From Candidatus Hadarchaeota archaeon (GTDB lineage: Archaea > CAYQAE01 > CAYVLA01): 34,281 bases of DNA. The notes under the pieces were generated by a model. That model saw only the letters and a program-made list of their open reading frames with translations. It ran no database searches and was not told the DNA's origin. The translations under genes and the position numbers were made by a program. Location of the stretch: NCBI GenBank assembly GCA_964621445.1, contig CAZUNO010000026.1:1-34281 (forward strand), in the 5' to 3' direction. This document shows positions 1 through 9,390 of this stretch, one piece after another (within the stretch, counting starts at the first letter, position 1; each line of letters opens with the position of its first letter).

Positions 1-48
1 AAAAACCATACAACCCCTCCACCCCCCACCAGTTATGCAACAAAGCAG

Positions 49-55
49 AAAAAAA
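49..55 (-). terminator. Oligo-T putative archaeal terminator
   Basis: A7 on + (T7 on -) about 16 nt after the stop of the 72-242 gene. Confidence 0.4.
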
Positions 56-71
56 TACTGATCCATTCGGT

Positions 72-242
72 TTAGTTCTTCTTTTCCAGTTCTCCATCGC
101 AGCAAACGAATGTACATGGGCCGCAGTCACACTGGTGAGCAGGGGTTCCACAATCTTTACACTCCTTCTCTACCCTCAGTTCAAGACCACAACCTTCGCA
201 TACATAGACCTCGCCAGCTTTCATGTCGTGACAGTTCACCAT
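72..242 (-). CDS. Small Cys-rich metal-binding protein (desulforedoxin/metallothionein-like), 56 aa
   Basis: Hand translation MVNCHDMKAGEVYVCEGCGLELRVEKECKDCGTPAHQCDCGPCTFVCCDGELEKKN* (10 Cys). GAGGTG RBS at 249-254, TTTATA box at 282-287 and downstream T7 run. Below the ORF-track length cut-off. Confidence 0.85.
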   Translation of the reverse strand: MVNCHDMKAGEVYVCEGCGLELRVEKECKDCGTPAHQCDCGPCTFVCCDGELEKKN

Positions 243-248
243 GCAATA

Positions 249-287
249 CACCTCACTGGGTGGAATCCAGCCTTGATGATGTATAAA
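249..287 (-). promoter_or_regulatory. Archaeal TATA box (TTTATA) and RBS (GAGGTG) of the Cys-rich gene
   Basis: tataaa at 282-287 and cacctc at 249-254 on +. The RBS lies 6 nt from the ATG. Confidence 0.55.
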
Positions 288-443
288 TGATATGCCTTTG
301 TGGATTCAGTGTCCCAGATCGGCAAATGATAATGGCTATCACCTTCAAACTGTGGGGATAATTAAACCGGGTTCAAGAGAATTCCTGGTTGTACTTCCTT
401 CTATAGATATCCGACAGCGTTGCCCCCTTTCCTCGTAGTTCGA

Positions 444-785
444 TTACCTTGGCGAAACCTTCAGCGTGATTTCTGCCGAACCATTCTCGGAGAATTGGCA
501 GTTTGGATGCTCTCCAATATGGCGTCTCTGTAATTGAAAGCCGAAATATTTCCTCTTTCCACCTTTTAGAATATCATCCCTCAGATCTGATGTGAGTTGG
601 ATGCCCAGGTTCCTAATCACAATATCAAGAAGTAGGTCCACTCTGTCCTTTCGCTGTTCAAGGCTCAGCAACTCCTCATCGTGGGATCCCCTTATACCCT
701 CAAGTTCTATCAGTCTCTTTTTGGTCTCTGATTTGATGTCTATGTCAAGGGAATCGAGAAAGTCTGACATCCAATCACAAAACAT
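444..785 (-). CDS. Hypothetical protein; may extend upstream to ATG 794 or 809 through an in-frame TGA
   Basis: 113-aa ORF with protein-like helical composition and a C-terminal HxxxHxxC. Upstream in frame: ATG GAC AAT TTT TCC ATG GCG TGA ATG TTT TGT. Confidence 0.6.
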   Translation of the reverse strand: MFCDWMSDFLDSLDIDIKSETKKRLIELEGIRGSHDEELLSLEQRKDRVDLLLDIVIRNLGIQLTSDLRDDILKGGKRKYFGFQLQRRHIGEHPNCQFSENGSAEITLKVSPR

Positions 786-1039
786 TCACGCCATGGAAAA
801 ATTGTCCATGAATCGGTCGAGTGGATAGTTCGGCCTGGGGTCTAGCCCGGATTTATGGCGAGTAATATGTAGAATCCCTTTGCAATGCTTCGTATAATTT
901 GGTATGGATATTCATGGATGTCCATTTCTTTATAAAGCATGAGGGAATGAATTTGATTTGAAATCTTTCAAAAATGTTTAATCGGGTTGGATGAGCAATA
1001 ATCAGTTTGTCTTTTATGCTGGCGCGTAAAGCAAGTAGT

Positions 1040-1189
1040 GTGAACAATCAGATAATAGATCAAGTCGTGTCCAATCCATATCTATCATTGGCACTTATGG
1101 TTGTGGTATCATGTTTTCTAATAACTGCATTTCTCCTGAAGCGACAGAGAGACAAAGAGGACCAATTCTTTCACATAGATCCAAGTTGA
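1040..1189 (+). CDS. Small single-pass membrane protein (possibly the N-terminal part of a frameshifted gene)
   Basis: GTG start chosen by eye. Hydrophobic LSLALMVVVSCFLITAFLL followed by basic KRQR. Confidence 0.5.
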   Translation: MNNQIIDQVVSNPYLSLALMVVVSCFLITAFLLKRQRDKEDQFFHIDPS

Positions 1190-1202
1190 GCGTGGGATAT
1201 CT

Positions 1203-1352
1203 ATGAGACAGCTCGATTCATCAGAGGACAAACGTGTTAAGAACAGCTCAAGTCTGCAATCAGTAAAACTGGCCGGAGATATACTGAAGTCCAGGAAGAA
1301 CTACGAAATCCAATTAATGATGGATCTCGTAGATGCAGCGGGAAAGGGATGA
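1203..1352 (+). CDS. Small hypothetical protein, 49 aa (possibly the C-terminal part of the preceding gene)
   Basis: Hand translation MRQLDSSEDKRVKNSSSLQSVKLAGDILKSRKNYEIQLMMDLVDAAGKG*. Confidence 0.35.
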   Translation: MRQLDSSEDKRVKNSSSLQSVKLAGDILKSRKNYEIQLMMDLVDAAGKG

Positions 1353-1422
1353 ATAGGCATTCATTATAAGGCCAGTATAGTCCCTTTTTCCTGAATCTCG
1401 CTAAGGGAAGCAGTTGCTGTAA

Positions 1423-3102
1423 TTACCAGCTACTGCCGTCTTTCCTGGTTCCACATATATTTACTTTCATTCCAAGGGCTCTTGCCATGCATGCCTTTGC
1501 AAGCATGGCCTCATCCGCGGATGCCACATCTTCCGCATATGCTACTTGAATATGGTTGCTCTTGTGTTTGGCCATCATCTGGTCCCTGGTGACCCCGTAT
1601 ATCACTGCATGCATCATGGGCCACTCTGGAGTTGTGGCTTCCGACCTCCTAGTTGATTCCTCTTCTGGCAAATCCACCGCTGCTGCGCGGCCAAGGTCCA
1701 TGCAAAGCTGGTTTTCATCGACGTAAATCCTGCTCCATACCACTTCGCCAGGTTTGGATATGCCGGCTATGGACCCTCCTCCAAGGTGGAAATACATTGG
1801 AGGTTGTCTCTTGCTGACTGCTCCCTTGTAGCCTCCCTTGATGTGTTCAGGCGGAACGGATCCGCTGATTTCAAAGACCCACACGTAATCATCGATGGTA
1901 CCGGATCCGTCCCAATCTCCCCATCTCAGATCATGAAGTGTGGTTTCAACTGGCTGGGACATTGAAGCATGAACCCGATTGGTCATCAATGCATCCAAGC
2001 CGGCGCATTCGTCGACTTCATTGAAATGAGGAAGCGGGTAGTTCTCGTAAAGCACCCGTTCCCCGTCCCTCGATTTTACGGGAGGCCTATCGGTGTTGTT
2101 GAGTAAGCCCTCGGCCAAATCACTGGCCGGTAGAAGGTCCTTGAGGCCCTGTTGGTATTGTATTCCTATTGTGTCACATCCGAATTCATCAGCGATGCGA
2201 AGTGCAGCAGCATACATCTTGCACTGGGTTAGAACTTGAGCTTCGGTCAGTTCGGTTTCCTCGTCCTCGCCCAATTCAAACTCCATTCCCTTTTCCCTGA
2301 GCCAATCGAAAATTCGCCTTGCCTCTTTGTCAGATACCTGATTTGTCTCATAGTAAAGAGCTGACTGGCTGAGTCGTTCCTTGAATACCCCGGTTGGATT
2401 TAGCAAGCTGTCGGGAATTATTGCATTGAACATTCCCATACATCCCTCGTCAAAGATCCCCATTATGGCTTTTTCCTTCATCAATTTCTTGGCTAGACCT
2501 TCACCGAGAGCTACTATCTCTTCGGGAGGGTTTATGTGGTCAAGAGGCTTAACGTGGCTCTTATCATGTTCAAGGCTACCTTGTTCCAGCCAGAGACTCA
2601 AATTGGAACGGAAGTCATCATCCGAGAAATCCTCTCCCCAAAGCATTGAGTAGTCTTTTCCGGCCTTGGTGAGTGAACCAGCGAGATTTAGTGTTCCAAC
2701 CAAGCCCGGCCATTCCCCGGACCAATTGGCTACGAGGAGTATTGGGCCTTCATGGGATAGGAGACCTGCTAATACGTGATGTGAATACTGCCAGACCGCT
2801 TCGGCGACTATCAATTTAGTTTTCGGATCAATCCTCTTGAAGACCTCCATTCCCTCCTTCTGGGAACCTATGAACCCGTGCTCTTCATCCGGTTTGTAGG
2901 GGTGACCTCTAACAAGCTGGTAACCGCAACTGGAAACGGCTTCTTCCAGTTCGCGTTCCATTGATTCCTGGGCCTCCCAGCAGGTTCTGTTTGCGCTGAG
3001 ACGCAGGTCCCCGTTGGCAACCATTACCACCTGATTTGACTTGACTTTTTGGGGTTTGCTCAGTTGAGGCATGCGATATTTTGGAGCCAAAATGTCCACC
3101 AA
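1423..3102 (-). CDS. L-fucose/L-arabinose isomerase family protein
   Basis: 559 aa. Motifs [20 protein letters not shown] and PHFNEVD (metal-ligand E-x-D), and C-terminal SNHIQVAY typical of FucI/AraA-like isomerases. Substrate unknown. Confidence 0.75.
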   Translation of the reverse strand: MVDILAPKYRMPQLSKPQKVKSNQVVMVANGDLRLSANRTCWEAQESMERELEEAVSSCGYQLVRGHPYKPDEEHGFIGSQKEGMEVFKRIDPKTKLIVAEAVWQYSHHVLAGLLSHEGPILLVANWSGEWPGLVGTLNLAGSLTKAGKDYSMLWGEDFSDDDFRSNLSLWLEQGSLEHDKSHVKPLDHINPPEEIVALGEGLAKKLMKEKAIMGIFDEGCMGMFNAIIPDSLLNPTGVFKERLSQSALYYETNQVSDKEARRIFDWLREKGMEFELGEDEETELTEAQVLTQCKMYAAALRIADEFGCDTIGIQYQQGLKDLLPASDLAEGLLNNTDRPPVKSRDGERVLYENYPLPHFNEVDECAGLDALMTNRVHASMSQPVETTLHDLRWGDWDGSGTIDDYVWVFEISGSVPPEHIKGGYKGAVSKRQPPMYFHLGGGSIAGISKPGEVVWSRIYVDENQLCMDLGRAAAVDLPEEESTRRSEATTPEWPMMHAVIYGVTRDQMMAKHKSNHIQVAYAEDVASADEAMLAKACMARALGMKVNICGTRKDGSSW

Positions 3103-3163
3103 AATCTACTTTTGGCGACGATTATTAAATTGGATTCAAGCCTGAATCCCAGATTTAACATCT

Positions 3164-3382
3164 TTAGAGGTCTTCCTTGTTCCAGTAGTATCTCTCTATG
3201 GGGTCCCTTCCCCGGCGCCAACTTAAGGTGGCATATAACATGATTAGGATACCTCCACCAGCAAGAATAATGGACTCAGTGGGTATGGTTTTGTACTCGC
3301 CCTGTGATCCAAGGACGAGAGCACTCCACCAGAAAAGGCTAAAACAAATTAGGATGAGACCTATGGTAATTAGTTTTTGCAT
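3164..3382 (-). CDS. Small two-TM membrane protein
   Basis: 72 aa with two hydrophobic segments. GGAGAG upstream. Confidence 0.6.
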   Translation of the reverse strand: MQKLITIGLILICFSLFWWSALVLGSQGEYKTIPTESIILAGGGILIMLYATLSWRRGRDPIERYYWNKEDL

Positions 3383-3586
3383 ATTGGCAGGTTTTCTCTC
3401 CTTGGAATTTATAGACTACTAAAGATTTCAACTTGATATTGCGATTTGCTTTTTTTAATTAGGAGAATTATCGTATTCATTTCCCCTCTAATGAGGGAGT
3501 ACTTTTCAAATTTCAAGCTATCCTCTTTCCCCCAAACGTGTTAAGAAGTTAGGCTTTATCAAAGATGGCTCCGAATAGGGAAAGTT

Positions 3587-4402
3587 ATGGAAAGGCGTCC
3601 CTTGTGGATATTGATCATGGGGATATTGTTCCTGGCAGTTATCACCTATTCCATGGTATTGGAGCCGAACAATCTCAAGGTAAACAGGTTTGACCTCTAT
3701 TTTGAGGATCTCCCTCCGGAAATGGATGGGCTAACCATAGCCCATGTTTCTGATCTTCATCTCCACCGTGTCGGCCACAGGGAGAATGAGGTTCTAAGTA
3801 TACTTCAGGAGGAATCACCGGATCTGATTGCGATTACGGGGGACATGGTTGACAGAGCGGAGGACAAAGAACAATGCATGGAATATCTTGGCAATTTTCA
3901 GGCCGGTATCGGAATCTGGGCGGTGCAGGGTAACTGGGAACACCATGTGGGATGGGTTAGAAGTTCCTTAAGGCGTGATCTTGCAGATGAGGGGATCGAT
4001 CTTCTGGTGGATGAGGGAGAATTTATTCCAGGTAGCGAGGGCCAAATTTGGATATGCGGTACCGATGACCCATCACTTGGGAAGGATAACATCGGGAGAT
4101 CCCTGGAAGGCTGCGGCGATTCCTTCGTCATTCTGCTCGGGCACTCTCCTGATGTAATGAACAGGGCTCCCGGTAAGGTTAGACTGATACTTGCTGGTCA
4201 TACCCACGGAGGTCAGGTACGAATACCGTTTATTGGGGCTCCTTGGGCCAAGAGGATGGGGGGAGGTTTCCTATCCGGTATTTACGAGAGTAATGAAACC
4301 GTGATGTACGTGTCTAAGGGTGTAGGAATGACCACACTTCCGATTAGGTTTCTGTGTAGACCAGATATTGCTTTGATTAGGTTGAAAAAGAAGACCTCGT
4401 GA
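3587..4402 (+). CDS. Metallophosphoesterase (YkuE/YaeI-like, calcineurin-like fold) with N-terminal anchor
   Basis: Motifs SDLH, TGD, GNWE, HSPD, AGHTHGGQ and R-x-x-C-x-P. Confidence 0.92.
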   Translation: MERRPLWILIMGILFLAVITYSMVLEPNNLKVNRFDLYFEDLPPEMDGLTIAHVSDLHLHRVGHRENEVLSILQEESPDLIAITGDMVDRAEDKEQCMEYLGNFQAGIGIWAVQGNWEHHVGWVRSSLRRDLADEGIDLLVDEGEFIPGSEGQIWICGTDDPSLGKDNIGRSLEGCGDSFVILLGHSPDVMNRAPGKVRLILAGHTHGGQVRIPFIGAPWAKRMGGGFLSGIYESNETVMYVSKGVGMTTLPIRFLCRPDIALIRLKKKTS

Positions 4403-4911
4403 AGGACGAAAACTCTCCTGGTCAAGGTTTATCTACCGCCTCCATTTTTACCACCTTCTCATGTTGCGCTTTCAGTGAGGAGAGAAAGTAGTCCAGGAAG
4501 AACCAGTAGCCCCGTACATGATGGGTCGACTGGTCACCTGAAACGGTGTAGTCCTACGGTGGGTTCCAGGACCAAAACGCCCAACATGCATTTGGGTCAT
4601 CCGAATATTCTTCACCCGGAACTATCTGTTGAGAAAGGAAATACCTCAATCCGCGAACGGCTGAAGCGATATATTTGCATTTTCTAGTTGCTTCATGGCA
4701 CATCAACATTACAATGGCTCGATGAGATTTGGAGATCAACAGAGACAAAGTGGAAAACTCGAGCTCCGCGGTCATTGATTGCAGGGAGTCCGATCCAAAC
4801 ACTGCATCTTGATAAGAATTCTCGATGTCTAGCTAATATTGAAATCCAAGAATGAAAACCAGAAGGTAGTTAAATCAGGGAAATGACATTTTGGAATTTT
4901 ATTAGGCGGTC

Positions 4912-5064
4912 CTAGCCTTTGCTTTCTTCTCCTCTTTCCTTCTTTGAGTTTTGATTTCCCTTTTCTTTAGATCCTGACTTAACTTTTGACGGTGTACTCC
5001 ACGATCCACCAAATCCTTTGGTTGGATTCTTGTCGTTTTTGTCATAGCGTCTTCCATAACTCAT
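4912..5064 (-). CDS. Possible small basic hydrophilic protein (50 aa); alternative frame 4902-5057
   Basis: MSYGRRYDKNDKNPTKGFGGSWSTPSKVKSGSKEKGNQNSKKERGEESKG*. Purine-rich coding-like strand bias, but the frame is ambiguous. Confidence 0.35.
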   Translation of the reverse strand: MSYGRRYDKNDKNPTKGFGGSWSTPSKVKSGSKEKGNQNSKKERGEESKG

Positions 5065-5235
5065 ATAACCACTACATAATCGAGTCAAATTGGCATGCTC
5101 CCATCATATCAGTAGACGGAAGTGCTCGCCAAAATTAGTCATAACCCGATGATCATAACTAGACCTGAAAAGTAATAAATACTATGCAAAAGCAAAACGT
5201 ATGCAAGCCACTTGGGTAATTGAGGAGCTGTGACC

Positions 5236-5703
5236 ATGTTTTTTAACGATCGAATGGTGGCGGTGCTCATAACCATAGCTGATCAGGGAAGGATCAATCT
5301 CTATCAATTAGCAAAACGTTCAAAAACAAACCGAGCCTACCTTGGGTCATTGGTCAGAAAAATGGAGGATAAGGGGCTACTAAGCCTGGAGAGGATTGGA
5401 AAGAGAAAGGCCGTTTTCGTCCAGACCACTGAGAAGGGGAAGGATGTCGCGGAGGTTCTACGTAAATCCTCCAAAAGGATACTGGATAGAATGGATGTTG
5501 AGTCCTCTGACAAGGCTGGATCAAATGAAGAGCTAAATGCCCAAATAGGCAGTCATTACTCACTTTCTATCAAGGGTAATGATGATCTATACGATTTCAA
5601 ATTACAGAACCTAGAAGGATCCATTCGGATCCAGACTAAAGTTGAAGCATCCCAGCTCAGGAATCTGATGAGGGATCTAGAGACCATAACCAAATCTAAC
5701 TGA
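5236..5703 (+). CDS. Winged helix-turn-helix (MarR-like) transcriptional regulator with C-terminal extension
   Basis: NLYQLAKRSKTNRAYLGSLVRKMEDKGLL...VFVQTTEKGKDV wHTH pattern. GAGGAG RBS 8 nt before ATG 5236. Confidence 0.8.
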   Translation: MFFNDRMVAVLITIADQGRINLYQLAKRSKTNRAYLGSLVRKMEDKGLLSLERIGKRKAVFVQTTEKGKDVAEVLRKSSKRILDRMDVESSDKAGSNEELNAQIGSHYSLSIKGNDDLYDFKLQNLEGSIRIQTKVEASQLRNLMRDLETITKSN

Positions 5704-5734
5704 TTGTATTGGGATTATTAACCTCTCTAGACCG

Positions 5735-5785
5735 TTGCCGAGACAGTGAAAGGCAATAGATCGGCAATGTCGCCAGGTATAAATA
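5735..5785 (+). promoter_or_regulatory. Inverted repeat (TTGCCGA-N19-TCGGCAA) and TATA-like box upstream of PFOR
   Basis: Arms at 5735-5741 and 5761-5767. TATAAATA at 5778-5785, about 23 nt before ATG 5808. Confidence 0.45.
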
Positions 5786-5807
5786 TGAGAGAGGACCGAG
5801 AACCAAC

Positions 5808-8800
5808 ATGCCTTCGTCGGAGAGTACCAGCAGTCCCTCAAAAGTCGAATATGTAACCATGGATGGAAATGAAGCGGCCGCCTACTCAGCTTATCACCTG
5901 AACGAGGTCGTTGCCATCTATCCGATCACGCCCTCTTCCCCAATGGGAGAACATGCCGATCAGTGGTCGGTTGAGGCAAAACCCAATATATGGGGATCGG
6001 TCCCCAAGGTGGTGGAAATGCAAAGCGAGGGAGGAGCCGCGGGAGCCATACATGGTTCCCTACAAGCCGGAGCTTTGACAACCACCTTCACCGCTTCTCA
6101 GGGCCTTCTTCTGATGATCCCGAATATGTACAAAATAGCAGGGGAATTGATCTCTGGTGTAATTCACGTGGCGGCCAGATCCGTTGCTACCCATGCCCTG
6201 TCGATTTTTTGTGATCATAGCGATGTGATGGCCACCAGGGCAACGGGTTTCGCTCTGCTGGCATCAAATTCCGTCCAAGAAGCTGCCGACATGGCGGTTA
6301 TCGCTCAGGCAGGAACCCTGGAGACGAGGATTCCATTTCTGCATTTTTTTGATGGCTTCCGCACCTCCCACGAGATCTCAAAAATTCAGCTCCCCTCAAA
6401 ATCTCAAATGGAGGATGTGATTGATGACCAACTAGTCCAGGAACATAGGAAACGCTCCCTATCTCCGGATAGGCCCTTTATCAGGGGTACAGCTCAAAAC
6501 CCGGACGTATTTTTTCAGTCGCGAGAGGCGGGTAATGCCTATCATTTAGCCTGTGCGGATATTGTAGAACGGGTAATGAAGAGGTTCAAGGCGATTACTG
6601 GAAGGGAATATCGGTTATTCCAGTACTCAGGGGCAGAGGACGCGGAACGGGTCCTGATTCTAATGGGTTCGGGAGCCGAAACAGCCCAAGAAACCGCGGA
6701 TTATCTCCAAAGCCAGGGGGAAAAAGTAGGAGTTGTCAAGGTACATCTTTTCAGGCCCTTTTCCTCCAAGCATTTACTGGATTCCCTCCCCAGTAGCGCG
6801 AAGTTCATTGCAGTCCTGGACAGGACCAAGGAGCCAGGAAGCGGCGGGGAACCACTCTACATGGATGTCTTAACGGCAATAAGGGAAAATAAGGATAAAC
6901 AACTTGACGATGACCCGTTGGTGCTGGGTGGCAGATATGGCCTCTCGTCCAAGGAATTCACCCCAGCAATGGTAAAGGCCATTTTTGATGAATTGAAGAA
7001 GGAAAGTCCCAAGAACCACTTCACGGTGGGAATTGATGATGATGTTACGGGAACTAGTCTCGACTACGATCCCAATTTTTCGATCGAGAGAGCCGACAGG
7101 GTACGATCCGTTTTCTATGGTCTGGGTTCCGATGGCACGGTAAGTGCCAATAAAAACTCCATAAAGATCATTGGGGAGGAAACGGAAAACTACGCTCAGG
7201 GATACTTCGTTTATGATTCAAGAAAGGCGGGGTCGGTGACCACATCCCACCTCAGGTTTGGACCGGGCCCAATTCATTCACCCTATCTAATTGACAATGC
7301 TAATTTTTTAGCCTGCCACCAATTCTCTTTCCTGGAAAGATTTGACGTTCTGGAGAAAGCACAAAAAGGAGCCACGTTCCTTCTTAACTCGCCCTACGGT
7401 GAACAAGAGGTTTGGGAACACCTTCCAAAAACCGTCCAGGAACACATCCTGGAAAAGAAACTGGACTTCTATATCATAGATGGATATCAGGTTGCCGAAA
7501 ACGCCGGTTTGGGCCGCAGGATAAACACCGTAATGCAGACGTGCTTCTTTGCCATCAGTGGCATCTTGCCTAAAGAAGAGGCCAGCGAGAAGATAAAGGA
7601 AGCAATTGAGAAGAGTTACGGAAAGAGGGGAAAGAAGATAGTTGAGATGAACTATAAGGCGGTGGATAATGCCCTGGAGAATCTCAAGCATGTGGAAACA
7701 CCGAGAGAGGTGAGCAGCGACTTCGATATTAGGCCGCCAGTCCCCGAGGAAGCTCCTGCTTTCGTTCAAGAGGTTACCGCCAAGATGCTTTCATATGAAG
7801 GCGACTCCCTCCCGGTAAGCAAAATGCCCTCGGATGGTACATTTCCTACGGGGACCACTAAGTGGGAAAAAAGGAATATAGCCATGAAAATTCCGGTCTG
7901 GGACCCCGAGACGTGCATACAGTGCGGCAAGTGTGTATCCGTCTGCCCCCACGCGGTTATCAGATCCAAGGTATATGACGGCAATACTCTAGATGATGCT
8001 CCCGATACTTTCAAGTCAACGGAGGCCCGCTGGCGAAAGTTTGAGGGTAAGTACTTCACCGTTCAGGTTTCCCCTGAAGATTGTACCGGCTGTGGACTTT
8101 GCGTGGAGGTTTGCCCGGCCAAAAATAGGAAGGAGCCAAAGCTCAAGGCAATAAACATGGAGCCCCAACCTCCTATTAGAAAACGGGAGGCGGTAAACTG
8201 GGATTTCTTTCTGGATATTCCCGAGGTGGAAAGGGAAAAATTGGATATGAGCAGGATAAAGGATGTTCAGTTGCTCCGACCTTTGTTTGAATTCTCCGGT
8301 GCCTGTGCAGGATGCGGTGAAACTCCTTACCTAAAACTTCTGAGTCAGTTGTTTGGGGATCGGATGTTAATAGCCAACGCTACCGGGTGTTCTTCCATAT
8401 ATGGAGGAAATCTGCCCACCACGCCCTGGACCTTCGATGAAACCGGAAGGGGACCCGCATGGTCAAACTCGCTATTTGAGGATAATGCGGAGTTCGGATT
8501 TGGACTGCGGTTGGGCCTTGACAAACAGATAGAAATCGTGAGGGAACAGCTAGAGGAGATAGGACCAGGCCTGGATCCGGAGCTGGTGGATGACCTGCTG
8601 AATGCGGAGCAGAGAACGGAAGAGGAAATCCGGGAGCAAAGAGATAGGGTATCGAGGCTTAAGGACCTGCTGAAGGGAGAGCCTGATCACGAACAACTTC
8701 TCTCACTCGCGGACCTACTGGTTAGGAAAAGCGTGTGGATAGTTGGAGGGGACGGATGGGCGTATGATATTGGATATGGAGGTTTAGATCACGTAATTGC

Positions 8801-9389
8801 CCTGGGCCGTGATGTTAACATCCTGGTTCTTGACACGGAGGTCTACTCCAACACCGGGGGTCAGAAGTCCAAGGCTACCCCAAGGGGAGCGGTAGCCAAA
8901 TTTGCCGCTGGAGGAAAGCAGAATGCCAAAAAGGACCTTGCCATGATGGCCATGACCTATGGCAATGTATACGTGGCACGGGTTGCACTTGGAGCCAAAG
9001 ATTCGCAGACCGTTCAGGCATTTCTTGAGGCAGAGGCATATGATGGACCCTCCCTTATCATCGCCTATAGCCATTGCATCGGCCATGGATACGATCTGGT
9101 TCACGGAATGGAACAGCAGAAGGCCGCAGTTAAATCCGGATACTGGCCGCTTGTAAGATATAATCCTGATTTGGCCAAAGAGGGCAAAAACCCCCTTCAA
9201 ATTGACTCCAAACCGCCCCAGATTCCTCTTAAGGATTATGCCTATAATGAAACCAGGTATAACATGTTGGCCAGCAGCAATCCCCAGGAGGCCAAGCGCC
9301 TATTGGAGTTGGCTCAAAGGGATGTTAACGAACGCTGGAAGCTCTACAATCATTGGGCTTCCATGGAAATGGAGGAAAAGGAGGACTAG
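5808..9389 (+). CDS. nifJ: Pyruvate:ferredoxin (flavodoxin) oxidoreductase, single-chain type
   Basis: 1193 aa. YPITPSS, MQSEGGAAG, two CxxCxxCxxxCP ferredoxin motifs, GACAGCGE, GDGWAYDIG TPP motif and YSNTGGQ. Confidence 0.97.
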   Translation: MPSSESTSSPSKVEYVTMDGNEAAAYSAYHLNEVVAIYPITPSSPMGEHADQWSVEAKPNIWGSVPKVVEMQSEGGAAGAIHGSLQAGALTTTFTASQGLLLMIPNMYKIAGELISGVIHVAARSVATHALSIFCDHSDVMATRATGFALLASNSVQEAADMAVIAQAGTLETRIPFLHFFDGFRTSHEISKIQLPSKSQMEDVIDDQLVQEHRKRSLSPDRPFIRGTAQNPDVFFQSREAGNAYHLACADIVERVMKRFKAITGREYRLFQYSGAEDAERVLILMGSGAETAQETADYLQSQGEKVGVVKVHLFRPFSSKHLLDSLPSSAKFIAVLDRTKEPGSGGEPLYMDVLTAIRENKDKQLDDDPLVLGGRYGLSSKEFTPAMVKAIFDELKKESPKNHFTVGIDDDVTGTSLDYDPNFSIERADRVRSVFYGLGSDGTVSANKNSIKIIGEETENYAQGYFVYDSRKAGSVTTSHLRFGPGPIHSPYLIDNANFLACHQFSFLERFDVLEKAQKGATFLLNSPYGEQEVWEHLPKTVQEHILEKKLDFYIIDGYQVAENAGLGRRINTVMQTCFFAISGILPKEEASEKIKEAIEKSYGKRGKKIVEMNYKAVDNALENLKHVETPREVSSDFDIRPPVPEEAPAFVQEVTAKMLSYEGDSLPVSKMPSDGTFPTGTTKWEKRNIAMKIPVWDPETCIQCGKCVSVCPHAVIRSKVYDGNTLDDAPDTFKSTEARWRKFEGKYFTVQVSPEDCTGCGLCVEVCPAKNRKEPKLKAINMEPQPPIRKREAVNWDFFLDIPEVEREKLDMSRIKDVQLLRPLFEFSGACAGCGETPYLKLLSQLFGDRMLIANATGCSSIYGGNLPTTPWTFDETGRGPAWSNSLFEDNAEFGFGLRLGLDKQIEIVREQLEEIGPGLDPELVDDLLNAEQRTEEEIREQRDRVSRLKDLLKGEPDHEQLLSLADLLVRKSVWIVGGDGWAYDIGYGGLDHVIALGRDVNILVLDTEVYSNTGGQKSKATPRGAVAKFAAGGKQNAKKDLAMMAMTYGNVYVARVALGAKDSQTVQAFLEAEAYDGPSLIIAYSHCIGHGYDLVHGMEQQKAAVKSGYWPLVRYNPDLAKEGKNPLQIDSKPPQIPLKDYAYNETRYNMLASSNPQEAKRLLELAQRDVNERWKLYNHWASMEMEEKED

Positions 9390-9390
9390 C

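Noticed and set aside
1-31. G-rich tract on the minus strand as a G-quadruplex or repeat
   Set aside because: More simply an RBS (GGAGG, 16-20) before a possible ATG at 7-9 of a gene leaving the window. Too little sequence to call.
365-390. Imperfect hairpin as a definite SECIS element
   Set aside because: Weak A-U apical stem and no opposing A for the GAA bulge. Mentioned only as weak context for the TGA finding.
9202-9390. N-terminal extension of the DHODH-like ORF in the track
   Set aside because: It overlaps the PFOR 3' end. The family-typical N-terminus starts at ATG 9391.
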